Below, in pieces: positions 10,493-20,506 of a stretch of DNA of 64,000 bases; position 1 is the first letter of the stretch; each line of letters starts with the position of its first letter. Position numbers and translations under genes: made by a program. The notes below the pieces were generated by a model. It did no database searches, was not told the origin of the DNA, and saw nothing but the letters and a program-made list of their open reading frames with translations. Source of the DNA: Bacteroidota bacterium (lineage in GTDB: Bacteria; Bacteroidota; Bacteroidia; Flavobacteriales; Weeksellaceae); the NCBI GenBank assembly GCA_023440705.1, contig JAEXRP010000077.1, forward strand, positions 5,518 to 69,517. Reading direction: 5' to 3'.

Positions 10493-12070
10493 TCAAATTA
10501 AATGTGAAATGATCAATTCTGATTTTTCGACATTCATCATATCGTAACAAGATTTTAGCCAATCTCGGCCAGCATCGGCGAAAAAAACAGAAAAATTAAA
10601 CTGTCGCTCTTGCCAAATTCCGCCAGGATGGACTTTTAAAAATAAATCTTCGTACTGTTTTAGCTTTTCTCCTTGCTTGATCCGTTCTGCACGCAACAAT
10701 CTTTTTTGCATTCTCTTAAAAGATTTTAATTGTCGCGTTTCTTCGGCGTCAACAAGGTTTTTAAAACTAATATCTGTCAAACCAGCTTCGTCTTTTAACA
10801 CCGAAAAGCGATTTTTAAAATCCTCTTCTTGCTGAATTAAAAGTTCATGAAGCGGATGATTTTCCACCAAATGTTTTTTAATAATAACCGAAAAATCCTC
10901 AAAAAATTCTGCAATCGTTAAATTTAATTTTTCAATTTTCTTAAATGTTTTTTCATTTAAAAATAAAAGAGAATTTCGAGGAATTAAAATAGGAAACGGC
11001 AGTTCTACAGAATTAAAAAAATCTGGAAGCTCCAACCAATACATGATTTCAGCGTTACCACCAACATAAGCCAAATTCGGCAAAATGCTTTCCTGATAAG
11101 CTGGACGAAGCACCGCATTTGGACTAAATTTTTCGGGAAAATTATTTAATTCTTCTAAAATTTCATCTTCGGAAAAACTAATGTCTGTGTCCAAAACCTT
11201 GTAAATACCATCATTTTTTTCAATGCGATTGCGGGTTTCCGACAAATAGAAAAGATTTATTTCGCGCGGATTAACTTGGACTTTATGGTATTTTTGTTCA
11301 AGAAGCTGACGTTTTTCCGCTGTGGTTTTAAAAAGTTGTTCGTTTAATAATTCCTTTTTAAAAGTCGGAATCATCAACTTTTTAAGATCTTTATCATCGC
11401 CATCCAACATCAATAAGCCATAATCAGCAAAAAGATTTTGCCCTATAATTCGGGTTGCTTCGGCAAAAGTATTTCCGACTTTGTAAGCTTCTTTCATCAT
11501 CAAAATAAGCTCTGTTCCGAAAACATGATCTTTAAACTCCTTCTCAAACTCAGAAATAAAAAACTGATCTTCAACTTTTATACGACCAACCGCACCACCT
11601 TGTTTGGCTTTAGTTTGATAAAAATGATTTTCGGTTTTGAAATGGTCAATTTCATCAAAATCATGATCTTCAGTAGCCATCCAAAATATCGGAACGAAAT
11701 TTTTAGTTGGAAATTTTTCTTTTAAAAAGTTTGCAGTTTTTATCGTTTGCAAAATTTTATAAATGAAAAAAACAGGTCCCGTAAAAAGATTAAGTTGATG
11801 TCCTGTTGTTATCGTAAATGTCTCTTCATCCTTCAAGAGTTCTAGATTCTGCTTTTGCAAATCTGTCAACTTTGAAGATTGCAACTGCTTCGATAAACTT
11901 GCATGCAAAACCTCGCGATTAGCTATTGGAAAAGACTTTTGTTTTAATTCAATTTGTTTTGAAATATTATCAAGACTAAAAATCTTGTCACCAGCAAAGC
12001 CCAAATCATCATTAAGAAAATCCTTGATGAGTTGGGGAATATTTTTGATATGATTAAAAGCTATATTCAT
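10493..12070 (-). CDS. bshC: Bacillithiol biosynthesis cysteine-adding enzyme BshC
   Basis: TTGHQLNLFTGP, FWMATEDHDFDEI, SPNAVLRP, YVGGNAEIMYW, WQERQFN; ATG at 12070 (track start is the GTG at 12073). Confidence 0.92.
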   Translation of the reverse strand: MNIAFNHIKNIPQLIKDFLNDDLGFAGDKIFSLDNISKQIELKQKSFPIANREVLHASLSKQLQSSKLTDLQKQNLELLKDEETFTITTGHQLNLFTGPVFFIYKILQTIKTANFLKEKFPTKNFVPIFWMATEDHDFDEIDHFKTENHFYQTKAKQGGAVGRIKVEDQFFISEFEKEFKDHVFGTELILMMKEAYKVGNTFAEATRIIGQNLFADYGLLMLDGDDKDLKKLMIPTFKKELLNEQLFKTTAEKRQLLEQKYHKVQVNPREINLFYLSETRNRIEKNDGIYKVLDTDISFSEDEILEELNNFPEKFSPNAVLRPAYQESILPNLAYVGGNAEIMYWLELPDFFNSVELPFPILIPRNSLLFLNEKTFKKIEKLNLTIAEFFEDFSVIIKKHLVENHPLHELLIQQEEDFKNRFSVLKDEAGLTDISFKNLVDAEETRQLKSFKRMQKRLLRAERIKQGEKLKQYEDLFLKVHPGGIWQERQFNFSVFFADAGRDWLKSCYDMMNVEKSELIISHLI

Positions 12071-12080
12071 CACACCAAAA

Positions 12081-13997
12081 TTAACTAAATAAGTACCAAA
12101 CGATCCCTAAGTTAAGACGAAAATCATAAATCGGAAAATATGGCGCTGTATAAGATTTGTTCTGTAAAAATGTCGTGTTAAAATGTTGCGCTTCGATGTA
12201 GAAGAACATTCTTTTCACTTTCAGATTGAAATAAGCATCTGCAATTGGCTGTCCTCCGATAGAATAAGCTTTGTCATTCGGTAACATAAATTCGTTAAGA
12301 ATCGGCGAGTAATCTCGTGACGCAAACTTGGTAAAATAATACATTTTGATACCCGCTTGGATTTCCGCTGCATCTTTGAAAGCTTTGGTTTGATAAAACA
12401 AATTAGCTCGTCCAATAAAGCTTGGCATCGGATAATAATCTTTCCCCGAAATGGCATTTTGAAAATGTAAACGACCATTAAGATTAAACTTCCCATAACG
12501 CAAAGTCGCTTCACCACCGACTTGTGTGATATTGAGCGCATCGCTGGCTTGTAGAGATTGTCCTTGATTATTAAAATAAGCGTAATTATCAACACGTACC
12601 AAATTGACATAAACATTAGCGTCAAACCATTTTAGTCGCAATTTTGCGCCAAGCTCTGTCACACTTTGATTTTTTGGATCGCTCAGATAATAGTTGTAGC
12701 TCACATAGTTGGAACTATTAAGAATATTATTAAAACTCGGTGTCGCGCTTTGGAAATTAAAATGCGTATCGACAAAGTAATCTTTAATAGGTTCGAACTC
12801 AACTAAATTTGTCGTTTTAAGAAAGGTTCCGAACGTGTTACCATTAGAAAACTCAAGATAAGATTTGAGTTGAAAACGATTCCAAAGTTTAATTTGAAGA
12901 TTCCCCAAAGCACCGAATCTATTTTCTTGTAACTTACCAGGAATTCCCAGAGAATCTGATGGATAAAGATTTCCTAAAGTAATACTCTGATGGCGTACGC
13001 CTGCATCTAGCTTGAAATTTTCTTTGTCCCAAACCAAACTAAAGGTGTTGCTAAGATTATCCGAATATTTTTTAGAATTTAAACTGTAACCTTTAATGAC
13101 ATTTTTACTAAAAAAATCATCTGCAACAGTTTGATTAAAATAGTACTTGTTGCCCTGATGCGAAATCGTGTGACGCAATTTGAATGGATACTTTTCTGGA
13201 TCCAAAGGCGCAAACTCGTGGCTAAAATAATAGCGACGATAGTAAAGTCTCGATGTAACACCTTCTAAATTTGTTTCTAAATTTTGTCGGTTTTTAAAAC
13301 GAGAATCACCACTCAAAAAGACACTTAGATCAGCAATACCGCCATTCTCTTCGTTGTTTACATTTTGATGGATGTAATGCGCGAAAGCTTCGTACTTTCT
13401 ATTTTTAGAAATATAATGTCCTGAAAAAATTGTATTGTTAGAAGCCGCCAAACTGTTTCTGTACAAGCCTTGCGAACGAAGTCCCATGTACTCTATCGCG
13501 AAATTGAAATTCTTGCCAACATTTTGCGTGTAAGTAGATTGCAAAGCCGCACCGTTCTTCATCGAATTATGATAAATAAACGTCGCAGTAGGCGTTTTGA
13601 CATCATAATATTTGATATCGTCCACACCGAGAATAAAAAAGGATTTATTGGTTGGCAAAACGGACAAATTTTGTTCTTTATTGGTTTCAAAAATTAAAGG
13701 CTGAAATCCAGAGCCAATATTGGAAAACTGAACTTTCCCAAAATTATCACGGTTGTTAAATTGTGTGAATTCGTAAGAACGCGAAATAGAAAAACTTGTA
13801 TCAAACAGCTTCTTCTGCGAAAATTGGGTTTGATACAAGTAATCGTTAATTGTAGGTTTAAAAATTTCGAGAGAGTCGGACTTCCCCGAAACCACAACCA
13901 AAGTATCTTCACTTTTTCTAGTTTCGTCATTTGTCGTAACAATCTGCGCTGACAAAAGCTGAACGCCGAAAAGTAATATTAAAAGAATGTATTTCAT
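12081..13997 (-). CDS. Putative outer-membrane beta-barrel (Bacteroidota 'putative porin' family)
   Basis: Signal peptide; YYDVKTP, NEENGGI motifs; alternating beta-strand pattern; C-terminal LGIVWYLFS. Confidence 0.8.
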   Translation of the reverse strand: MKYILLILLFGVQLLSAQIVTTNDETRKSEDTLVVVSGKSDSLEIFKPTINDYLYQTQFSQKKLFDTSFSISRSYEFTQFNNRDNFGKVQFSNIGSGFQPLIFETNKEQNLSVLPTNKSFFILGVDDIKYYDVKTPTATFIYHNSMKNGAALQSTYTQNVGKNFNFAIEYMGLRSQGLYRNSLAASNNTIFSGHYISKNRKYEAFAHYIHQNVNNEENGGIADLSVFLSGDSRFKNRQNLETNLEGVTSRLYYRRYYFSHEFAPLDPEKYPFKLRHTISHQGNKYYFNQTVADDFFSKNVIKGYSLNSKKYSDNLSNTFSLVWDKENFKLDAGVRHQSITLGNLYPSDSLGIPGKLQENRFGALGNLQIKLWNRFQLKSYLEFSNGNTFGTFLKTTNLVEFEPIKDYFVDTHFNFQSATPSFNNILNSSNYVSYNYYLSDPKNQSVTELGAKLRLKWFDANVYVNLVRVDNYAYFNNQGQSLQASDALNITQVGGEATLRYGKFNLNGRLHFQNAISGKDYYPMPSFIGRANLFYQTKAFKDAAEIQAGIKMYYFTKFASRDYSPILNEFMLPNDKAYSIGGQPIADAYFNLKVKRMFFYIEAQHFNTTFLQNKSYTAPYFPIYDFRLNLGIVWYLFS

Positions 13998-14014
13998 TCG
14001 TAAGATTTGAAATA

Positions 14015-14022
14015 CAAAAATA
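14015..14022 (-). promoter_or_regulatory. -7 box (TATTTTTG) for porin-bshC
   Basis: TAnnTTTG 17 nt upstream of start. Confidence 0.5.
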
Positions 14023-14037
14023 AAGGTTTTTTATGAA

Positions 14038-14715
14038 TTAGTTTTGATTAATAAACTCAACTAATTTTATTAAGTCAGCTTCTTTTGAAAGATTGATCTT
14101 GTTAGACTTGGCGAAGTCAGAGATTTTGTCTTTATTGTCTAAAGGAAGACTGACAAAGTCTTTCACATTTTTAGGAATTTTATAATAAGAATTATTTGAA
14201 TAGATTAAATAAACATCTTTCTCTTTTGCGTAATAGTCATTAGCATCTTTACCATAAGCATTTGGGCTTTTTTCTCCTTTTAGCAACTCAACTTTTTCAC
14301 GTTTATATAATTTAGTTTTTGTGCCATCTTGCAATAGAACTAAGTATCCCAACTTACTTTTATCGTCAATACGGTAGTTAAGACAGACATAAGTCTTTTT
14401 GAGATCAGGAAAATTAATTTTCAATCCTTCCTCTTTATTTGCGAAAAACGTCTCGTTATTTTGAGAGAACTCCATTTCATCTTCATATGCATTATAACGC
14501 AAAGGTTGAACATCTTTACTATAATTAGCAATAATAACTTTAGCAAAATCCTTACTTGATGTGTAAGGAGATCCGTCAATGACATAGTCTTTTGATGATG
14601 GTCGGTTAGCTCTGGTAAAAAAATTACCTGTCGAAAATGAAACATTCTCGTTACCCGCTTGTGCAAATGTCATTTGTGAGGCAATCATTACAACTGCAAA
14701 AAAAATCTTTTTCAT
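14038..14715 (-). CDS. Exported hypothetical protein
   Basis: MKKIFFAVVMIASQMTFAQ signal peptide; IDGSPY and RYNAYEDEMEF segments; own -7 box TATATTTG at 14733-14740. Confidence 0.8.
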   Translation of the reverse strand: MKKIFFAVVMIASQMTFAQAGNENVSFSTGNFFTRANRPSSKDYVIDGSPYTSSKDFAKVIIANYSKDVQPLRYNAYEDEMEFSQNNETFFANKEEGLKINFPDLKKTYVCLNYRIDDKSKLGYLVLLQDGTKTKLYKREKVELLKGEKSPNAYGKDANDYYAKEKDVYLIYSNNSYYKIPKNVKDFVSLPLDNKDKISDFAKSNKINLSKEADLIKLVEFINQN

Positions 14716-14744
14716 AAAAGTAATTTGATTTACAAATATAATCT

Positions 14745-14776
14745 AAAAAAAATAGCCACCTCGATTGAGATGGCTA
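14745..14776 (-). terminator. Intrinsic terminator after first SusD
   Basis: TAGCCAcCTC-gatt-GAGaTGGCTA hairpin (14753-14776) followed on the minus strand by T8. Confidence 0.8.
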
Positions 14777-14800
14777 AAGTATTTAATATTTCAAAAAAAA

Positions 14801-16210
14801 TTATTTTGAATTATCATATCCTGGGTTAGGTAGAATTGGAGAGTTAGCCAAATCTGTCTCACCACGAGGAATTGGGAATGCATTAAGATTAGGATCTGTA
14901 GATGCACCTGCTGGTCTAGCAATAGTTGCACCCCATCTTCTTAAATCCCATTGACGAAGTCCCTCACCAAGAAGTTCTTTCATTCTTTCAGTTTTTAGCA
15001 TAGTCATATCAACAGAAGTTGCTGCTGAAAGACCTCTATTAGTTACAATTTGATTGTAATAATTTAATGCTTTAGTAGAGTCTCCTCCATTTAATTCAGC
15101 TTCAATACCGTTAAGTAGAATTTCTTCATAACGTAACATCTTGATGTTATCTGCACCAACAGTATTAGTATATTTACCAGTACCATTATTGTTAGATAAA
15201 TATCTAACTGCACTAGCCCCAGAACCAACTACAGTTATAAGTTTCTTTCTGATGTCATTAGTTGTATAAGCGTCAAAAGCACTAGCTGAAACAGCAATAT
15301 TACCATAACCCAATTGGTTAAGTCTTTGACGGTATGATCCAGTAGACAACGAAGAATTGATACCAACTGCTAATTCGAAAATTGAGTTAGGAGCAGCACC
15401 ATTCATTACGAATTGGAAAGATACCTGATGTAAATCTTGTGTCGCAACAGAATATTTCCCGATCAAGTCATTAGTTAAAGATCTAACCTTAGCATAATCT
15501 CCTTTATATAGGTAATATCTAGACATCATCCCTTTAAGAGCATTAATGGAAAGTTCAGTTTTATTACTTGCTCCCACAAAGTTAACTCCTGCAGTCATCA
15601 ATTGAAGAGCTTTTGTAAAATCGGCTTCAATTTGTGCTTCAGTTTCAGCAATTGTTGCTCTAGGCATCACTGCTTTTGGGTCATATTTAATAGGTAATAC
15701 AATACCCAAAGTTCCATTAGGAATATATTTTTGACCATACAATCTAAATGCATCAAAAAAACCAATTGCTCTTAGTCCGTATGCTTGACCTTGTGCAAAT
15801 AATGCATTACTTCTATCCGCATCTGATCCTTGAAGACTAGAGATATTAGTACCAATAACAATATTCGCTTTTGCTATTGCAGTATAAATCTGATTATATG
15901 TACTAACCGCATAAGGGTCATTAGACAACATTGTATAGTTGTAAACGTTTTGATAATAACCACCTGCTAATGTACTGTACATTTCATCTGAACGAATCTC
16001 AGAATAAGCTAAAAAGTCAGCACCGTAATAAGTTGTAGCTCTCATCGATGAATATATACCTCTTGTAAAGGCAATCACTTCATTAGATGTTTTTAAATCA
16101 CTAACTATTACATCTTGATTAAACTCTCTGTCAACGAAGTCATCAGAACAAGACACTGCTCCGAGTCCTACTATTAGTGAAAGAATTCCAATTTTTATTG
16201 TTTTTTTCAT
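14801..16210 (-). CDS. RagB/SusD family nutrient-uptake outer-membrane lipoprotein
   Basis: Lipobox GAVS-C followed by acidic SDDF export-signal-like motif; IKMLRYEEILL, ERMKELLGEGLRQWDLRR, FPIP...NPGY. Confidence 0.93.
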   Translation of the reverse strand: MKKTIKIGILSLIVGLGAVSCSDDFVDREFNQDVIVSDLKTSNEVIAFTRGIYSSMRATTYYGADFLAYSEIRSDEMYSTLAGGYYQNVYNYTMLSNDPYAVSTYNQIYTAIAKANIVIGTNISSLQGSDADRSNALFAQGQAYGLRAIGFFDAFRLYGQKYIPNGTLGIVLPIKYDPKAVMPRATIAETEAQIEADFTKALQLMTAGVNFVGASNKTELSINALKGMMSRYYLYKGDYAKVRSLTNDLIGKYSVATQDLHQVSFQFVMNGAAPNSIFELAVGINSSLSTGSYRQRLNQLGYGNIAVSASAFDAYTTNDIRKKLITVVGSGASAVRYLSNNNGTGKYTNTVGADNIKMLRYEEILLNGIEAELNGGDSTKALNYYNQIVTNRGLSAATSVDMTMLKTERMKELLGEGLRQWDLRRWGATIARPAGASTDPNLNAFPIPRGETDLANSPILPNPGYDNSK

Positions 16211-16223
16211 TGTATTAAAATTT

Positions 16224-19040
16224 TTAGAAGCTAATATTTACACCAAATAAGTAAGACTTAAGAATTGGTAAGCTTAGGTTAGTATAACCAGATACGTTAA
16301 CTTCTGGATCGAATTTCAGTCTATCATCAAATGTATGTGTCCATGCATTGTTGGCCATAACATATACTTGTACTGAATTAAGTCCTGAACCATTTAAGAA
16401 CTCAGAATTAAATGTATACCCAAATCTAGCATTTGACAATCTGATAAAATCAGAATCATATAGGAATCTTGTAGATGCTCTATTTGATAATTTGTTACCA
16501 CCATATACTGGCTTTGGATTAGATGCTGCTGTATTAGTAGGCGTCCAATAATCTCCCATTACATCACCGTAACCTGGGTAGTTAATAGTATATTGTCCAT
16601 CACTATAAGTGTACTGAGCCCAATCATCATAGATCTTACCTCCAAATCCATAAGTAAACTGTAGGTCTAAGTTAAATCCTTTATAAGAAATTGATGTATT
16701 AGCCCCACCGAAAACATTACTCAAGAATGATCCTTGTACAGCTTGTTTAGCTTTGTTATAATCATTTGTTGTCTCTCCATCAACACCATTAACGAACCAT
16801 AGTGGATCACCATTAGCAGCGTCTACACCTGCCCATTTTCTCAAATAGAATGTACGAACCCCCTCACCTACACGAATTGTGGTAGTTCCTGAGTTAACAG
16901 CTCCTCCATAAAGTTCTGTAATTTCGTTCTTAAGTGTAGATAGGTTAGCACCAATTGACCAATTAAATTGATTTCTATCTCCTTTAAAGACATCAGCATT
17001 AACAGAGAATTCAAAACCTTTATTAACTAATGTCCCAATATTATCAACATAAGATGTTAAACCTTGAGCTCCTGACAATGGAAGGTTATAAATAAGATCT
17101 TTTGTCTTTTTGTTATAATATTCTGCTGAAACTTTTACTCTATCTCTAAATAGCCCTATATCAAGTCCAACGTTAAATGGATTAACTGTTTCCCATGATA
17201 AATTAGGATTAAGAACACCTGAATAAGTTGCAGCAGCGTAGTCATTATAGTTTGTAGAATAAGCATAAAGAGCATATGGATTAGCTGTAACTTGGTTACC
17301 TAGCTTACCATAAGAACCTCTAAGCTTAAGCATTGATATTGCATCAATTTCTTTGAAGAAATTAACTCTTGCTAAATCAACACCTAAACCAACAGACCAA
17401 AAATTACCCGCTTTTTTACCTGGTAAAAACTGTGATAATACATCTCTTCTATATGATGCATCAACCAATACTAACTTATCATAATCATAATGAGCAGTAG
17501 CCGCATAACCATATCTTGAAGAAATACTCAATGCTCCTTCATAACCGTAAGGTACAACAAAATTAGTAAGTGACTCTAATTCAGGAGTACCAACAGTTAT
17601 ACCTGTTGCTCTTAGGAATTTTCTATCAGACTTGTATGCCTCTTGGATTAATGAAGCGCCAATATTATGCATTCCAAATTTTTGAGAATAATCTAAGATA
17701 TTCTGAACATTGAAATTGAAAAATCTATTAACAGACTCTCTTTTATAACCTCCATATCCATATCCATCGCCATGTAGTGGATTCCAATACTGATTTTCTT
17801 CTACATTAACATACTCAGGCGAAAAAACAAAACGGTATGTAAGATTTTTTAGAATCTTATATTCTGCACTAAGATTAGCAAAAGCTCTCAGCGTACCAGC
17901 TTGCATGTAGTTTTTCTCCAATAGATAACCAGGGTTAAATTGGTTATTACTCAATCTCATTGTTGTAGGACTCCAATACCAACTACCATCAGCATTTTTA
18001 GCAGGATCTGTCGGTCTGTTAAAATACTGAGCTAAAATCGGGTTAGAGAATGCTCCACCATCAGACAACGATCTTGTCTTAGAATGAGAAATTTGGAAGT
18101 CAGTACTAATCTTTAATTTATCAGTAGCTTGATATGTTAATTTGGTAGTGTAAGAAAGTCTTTTAAAGAAAGAGTTTCTTATAATACTATTTTGGTCAAA
18201 CATGTTGGCTGAAGCATAGTAAGTAAATTTATCGCTACCACCACTAATACTAAAGTCAGCATTTTGTTGATAACCATCCTTTCTTACGATACTTTGCCAA
18301 TCCGTACTGTATGGAGACTTAAAAACATTAGTAAAAGTCGAATTTACAGCTCCATTTGCAATATCTTCAATTGACAAATCTTTACCAAGATAGTTATTAA
18401 CCTGATCTCTCAAATAGATTTTATACTCTTCACCTGTAAATTGTCTATAACCATCAACAGCTTGTTGGTTAACACCACTATTATAAGAAAAATTGAATCT
18501 CGGCTTACCTTTCTTACCTGATTTCGTTGTAATAACAATTACACCAGCACCAGCATCTGCACCATAAACCGCAGTTGATACAGCGTCTTTCAACACCGTA
18601 ATTGACTCAACATCATCAGGATTAAGATTCGCCAAGATATTTGCGGTAGTACTTCCTGTTGTTAAATCTCCATTCGCTACCCTTACACCATCAACGATAT
18701 AAATAGGAGAAGTTACACCATTAATAGAAGAGATACCTCGAACTCTTACATTAGCCATACCTCCAGGCTGTCCGGATGCATTACCAGTTTGCACCCCAGT
18801 TACACGTCCTTGTAACATTTTATCAACAGAAGCTACTGGTATATCCTCTATAGATTTAGCAGACATTACACTAGCAGAACCTGTCAATTCTTGAACGGTC
18901 TTCTTTTGACCAAAACCAACAATAACTACCTCTTCAATCTCTTTAGTCGAAGTAGTATCTTTAGCTTTTTGTTGTGCAAAAGCTGCTTGTCCTGTAAAAA
19001 ACAACACCCCAGCAGTTAACACTTTTAATTTTACATTCAT
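16224..19040 (-). CDS. SusC/RagA family TonB-dependent outer-membrane transporter
   Basis: IEEVVIVG TonB-box region, VRVRGISS, PIYIVDG, NPDDVESITVLKDA, YGADAGAGVIVITTKSG, NPNLSWET; C-terminal Phe. Confidence 0.96.
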   Translation of the reverse strand: MNVKLKVLTAGVLFFTGQAAFAQQKAKDTTSTKEIEEVVIVGFGQKKTVQELTGSASVMSAKSIEDIPVASVDKMLQGRVTGVQTGNASGQPGGMANVRVRGISSINGVTSPIYIVDGVRVANGDLTTGSTTANILANLNPDDVESITVLKDAVSTAVYGADAGAGVIVITTKSGKKGKPRFNFSYNSGVNQQAVDGYRQFTGEEYKIYLRDQVNNYLGKDLSIEDIANGAVNSTFTNVFKSPYSTDWQSIVRKDGYQQNADFSISGGSDKFTYYASANMFDQNSIIRNSFFKRLSYTTKLTYQATDKLKISTDFQISHSKTRSLSDGGAFSNPILAQYFNRPTDPAKNADGSWYWSPTTMRLSNNQFNPGYLLEKNYMQAGTLRAFANLSAEYKILKNLTYRFVFSPEYVNVEENQYWNPLHGDGYGYGGYKRESVNRFFNFNVQNILDYSQKFGMHNIGASLIQEAYKSDRKFLRATGITVGTPELESLTNFVVPYGYEGALSISSRYGYAATAHYDYDKLVLVDASYRRDVLSQFLPGKKAGNFWSVGLGVDLARVNFFKEIDAISMLKLRGSYGKLGNQVTANPYALYAYSTNYNDYAAATYSGVLNPNLSWETVNPFNVGLDIGLFRDRVKVSAEYYNKKTKDLIYNLPLSGAQGLTSYVDNIGTLVNKGFEFSVNADVFKGDRNQFNWSIGANLSTLKNEITELYGGAVNSGTTTIRVGEGVRTFYLRKWAGVDAANGDPLWFVNGVDGETTNDYNKAKQAVQGSFLSNVFGGANTSISYKGFNLDLQFTYGFGGKIYDDWAQYTYSDGQYTINYPGYGDVMGDYWTPTNTAASNPKPVYGGNKLSNRASTRFLYDSDFIRLSNARFGYTFNSEFLNGSGLNSVQVYVMANNAWTHTFDDRLKFDPEVNVSGYTNLSLPILKSYLFGVNISF

Positions 19041-19068
19041 ATTAACACTATTTAATATTTACTCGACG

Positions 19069-19100
19069 CAAATATGTTAATAATATTTAACATGACCAAA
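19069..19100 (-). promoter_or_regulatory. Promoter of SusC (16224-19040): -33 TTTG, 20-nt spacer, -7 CATATTTG
   Basis: Bacteroidota -33/-7 architecture with canonical spacing; same offsets as upstream of the second SusC. Confidence 0.65.
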
Positions 19101-19119
19101 TTTTTAACTATGCAATAGT

Positions 19120-19156
19120 AAAATGAAAAGCCACCAAACATAATATTTGGTGGCTT
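19120..19156 (-). terminator. Intrinsic terminator after the T9SS cargo gene
   Basis: AAGCCACCAAA(19128-19138)/TTTGGTGGCTT(19146-19156) stem, followed on the minus strand by TTCATTTT. Confidence 0.75.
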
Positions 19157-19177
19157 CATCTATTATTGAAATACTAA

Positions 19178-20506
19178 TTATTTCTTAATCATTTTAGTAT
19201 TTTCGAAACTTCCATCTGTATACTTAACTTGGATAATATAAGTACCTTTTGACAAGTTAGATACATTGAAAGTTGCTGCATTCTCTCTCTTAATAGCCTT
19301 ACCAGCCATGTCAATAACTGTAGCAGTTGCAATTTCTTTAGTAGATTTTAATTCAACTTTATCACCAACTGGGTTGTTAGCAATAGTCAACTTAGCCTTA
19401 GAAGCATTAACATCGTTAACAGCTAAGAATTGTCCCTTGAATTTATAAATTGCACTTACTGGTCCTTCTGTAAGTTGTGCTTGGCTCATTCCTCCCATGT
19501 AACCAACTGTAGGACTAACAAATTGTATTGCACCAGAAGAATAATTTGCTTCACCAGCTGGATAAGTCATATCTATCCATGTTTGGCCACCGTCCGTTGA
19601 GTACGAAGAACTATCTCCTGTAGAAACATAAGTATTATCTGTGCCTGGAACATATGCTATACTTGAACCATAAAAATTACCTGTTGGGAATACTTCCGTC
19701 CAGTTAGCACCACTGTCAGATGTCTTCCAAAGACCAATTACACCATTATCATTCGTTTGAAGTAATCCGTTAGTAGAGTCTTTAAATGCAAGGTATGCCT
19801 GACTACCAGCTGTTGTAACACCTCCGAAGTCAATTGCTGGACTTTGCCAAGCTTGCCAAGATGTTCCTTTATCTGGTGAATACAAAATACGTCCTGTATC
19901 CGTACCCATCCAAATATTATTTCCTTGTACATATCTAACATGCGTATATCCAAAATCACCTGCAGAAGCTGGAGCTGATGTCAATTTAGTCCAGTTAGTA
20001 CCACCATTTGTTGTTTTATACATTTCAAAAACGTTACCAACAGGATCTCCAGCCGAGATACCTTCGTTTTCGTTCCAGAAATGAACTATATTAGCAAAAG
20101 ATGCTGATCCGTAAGCTGCAGAAGTTTGCTTAGTCCAAGATGTTCCTCCGTTAGTTGTCTTCCAAACACCATTTTGAGAACCTGATCCCGAAGTCACCAC
20201 CCAAGCTGTAGTACCAGTTGCTGCACTAAAGTCTCCAATAGTAGCTGCTGAAGGTACTCCTGCGATAACATTGGTAGTCCAAGTAGCTCCTCCATCAGTC
20301 GTTCTTGTAGTATATTTACCTTGATCAGTAGCTGATGTTGCTGCATGATCTGCAAACCAAACAGTATTAGCATCAATTACTGTCATTGCATACGGATAAT
20401 GCAATGCTGGTCCTTGTGTTTGCATCCCGTCCCATCCTGGTGCTGTTTGTGCAAAAGAAATTCCTGCAATTGCAAGAGCACCTAAAGAAAATAATAATTT
20501 TTTCAT
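19178..20506 (-). CDS. T9SS type A CTD-bearing protein with BNR/Asp-box (YCF48/sialidase-like) beta-propeller
   Basis: Signal peptide; repeated (T/S)xDGGxxW Asp boxes (TTDGGATW, TTNGGTSW, TTNGGTNW, SPDKGTSW, TSDSGANW, STDGGQTW); CTD ...NVSNLSKGTYIIQV...TKMIKK. Confidence 0.9.
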   Translation of the reverse strand: MKKLLFSLGALAIAGISFAQTAPGWDGMQTQGPALHYPYAMTVIDANTVWFADHAATSATDQGKYTTRTTDGGATWTTNVIAGVPSAATIGDFSAATGTTAWVVTSGSGSQNGVWKTTNGGTSWTKQTSAAYGSASFANIVHFWNENEGISAGDPVGNVFEMYKTTNGGTNWTKLTSAPASAGDFGYTHVRYVQGNNIWMGTDTGRILYSPDKGTSWQAWQSPAIDFGGVTTAGSQAYLAFKDSTNGLLQTNDNGVIGLWKTSDSGANWTEVFPTGNFYGSSIAYVPGTDNTYVSTGDSSSYSTDGGQTWIDMTYPAGEANYSSGAIQFVSPTVGYMGGMSQAQLTEGPVSAIYKFKGQFLAVNDVNASKAKLTIANNPVGDKVELKSTKEIATATVIDMAGKAIKRENAATFNVSNLSKGTYIIQVKYTDGSFENTKMIKK

